From Pyrinomonadaceae bacterium (GTDB taxonomy: Bacteria > Acidobacteriota > Blastocatellia > Pyrinomonadales > Pyrinomonadaceae): DNA of 21,698 bases. The notes below the pieces were generated by a model, which did no database searches, was not told where the DNA came from, and saw nothing but the letters and a program-made list of their open reading frames with translations. The DNA is taken from positions 1 to 21,698 of the forward strand of contig JBPCRW010000096.1 in the NCBI GenBank assembly GCA_050996405.1, in the 5' to 3' direction. Below, one piece after another: positions 21,558 to 21,698 of the stretch. Made by a program: the position numbers and the translations under genes. How positions within the stretch are numbered: the first letter of the stretch is position 1; each line of letters starts with the position of its first letter.

Positions 21558-21698
21558 TTGGGCGAAAATCGTTATCACGGACAAAAACAAACGATTAAAC
21601 TTTCGGACGCGCAGCGTGTCAAGCATTTATGGCTGACCGGTTCGTCGGGAAGCGGCAAAACCTCGCTGGTAAATTTTTTAGTCGCGCAGGACATTGAA
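21558..21698 (+). CDS. P-loop NTPase, N-terminal fragment (HerA/DUF853/TraD-like), continues beyond the window
   Basis: The frame is open from 21498 and the only plausible start is the TTG at 21558, with AAGGA 9 nt upstream. The Walker A motif is in KHLWLTGSSGSGKTSLVNFL. An N-proximal pattern of short leader, basic residue, H, hydrophobic stretch and G-x-x-GSGKT resembles HerA-like/DUF853 and coupling-protein ATPases. Confidence 0.5.
   Translation, partial: MGENRYHGQKQTIKLSDAQRVKHLWLTGSSGSGKTSLVNFLVAQDIE

Noticed and set aside
18305-21698. The accessory-looking right end as a recognisable prophage, IS element or integrative element.
   Set aside because: No integrase, transposase, phage structural gene or att-like tRNA flank is visible in the window. 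Only indirect signs are present: low GC, a toxin-antitoxin pair, repeats and a breakpoint.

Overview
A 21.7 kb stretch of bacterial chromosome with about 19 credible protein genes. I found no rRNA, tRNA, CRISPR array, transposase or integrase.

Layout:
- 47-5710 (minus): type IVa pilus assembly operon pilM-pilN-pilO-pilP-pilQ. A Roadblock/LC7 (MglB-like) gene follows 15 nt after pilQ.
- 6149-15000: housekeeping and envelope genes. These are a GNAT/PAT-like acetyltransferase, glucose-6-phosphate isomerase, an LPG-synthase-TM/flippase-like membrane protein, a tiny lmo0937-like membrane protein, a GT39/ArnT-like glycosyltransferase, an orphan FtsX/MacB-type permease and an M48 metallopeptidase.
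- 15189-18304 (minus): a tight three-gene operon closed by a clear intrinsic terminator. It encodes a 654-aa radical SAM enzyme that I read as the Tes/GDGT-MAS (MJ0619-type, class D) architecture, a translationally coupled 303-aa second radical SAM enzyme, and a 67-aa acidic ORF. This is my best candidate for an under-described system, namely bacterial membrane-spanning (tetraether-type) lipid synthesis with unassigned partner genes.
- 18305-21698: visibly more AT-rich and accessory-looking. It holds a lone TPR protein, an antitoxin plus a frameshifted PIN/VapC toxin, and a small anchored protein. A 5'-truncated pseudo-protease ORF starts 16 nt from the start of a divergent P-loop ATPase gene that runs off the window.

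Non-coding signals: a 74-nt hairpin with 29-nt arms (10380-10453), an ~85-nt dispersed repeat in two copies (6703-6785 and 20755-20875), and perfect tandem duplications (2946-2975 and 19271-19308).

All family calls come from reading motifs by eye, since no searches could be run. An Acidobacteriota-like origin is only a guess.
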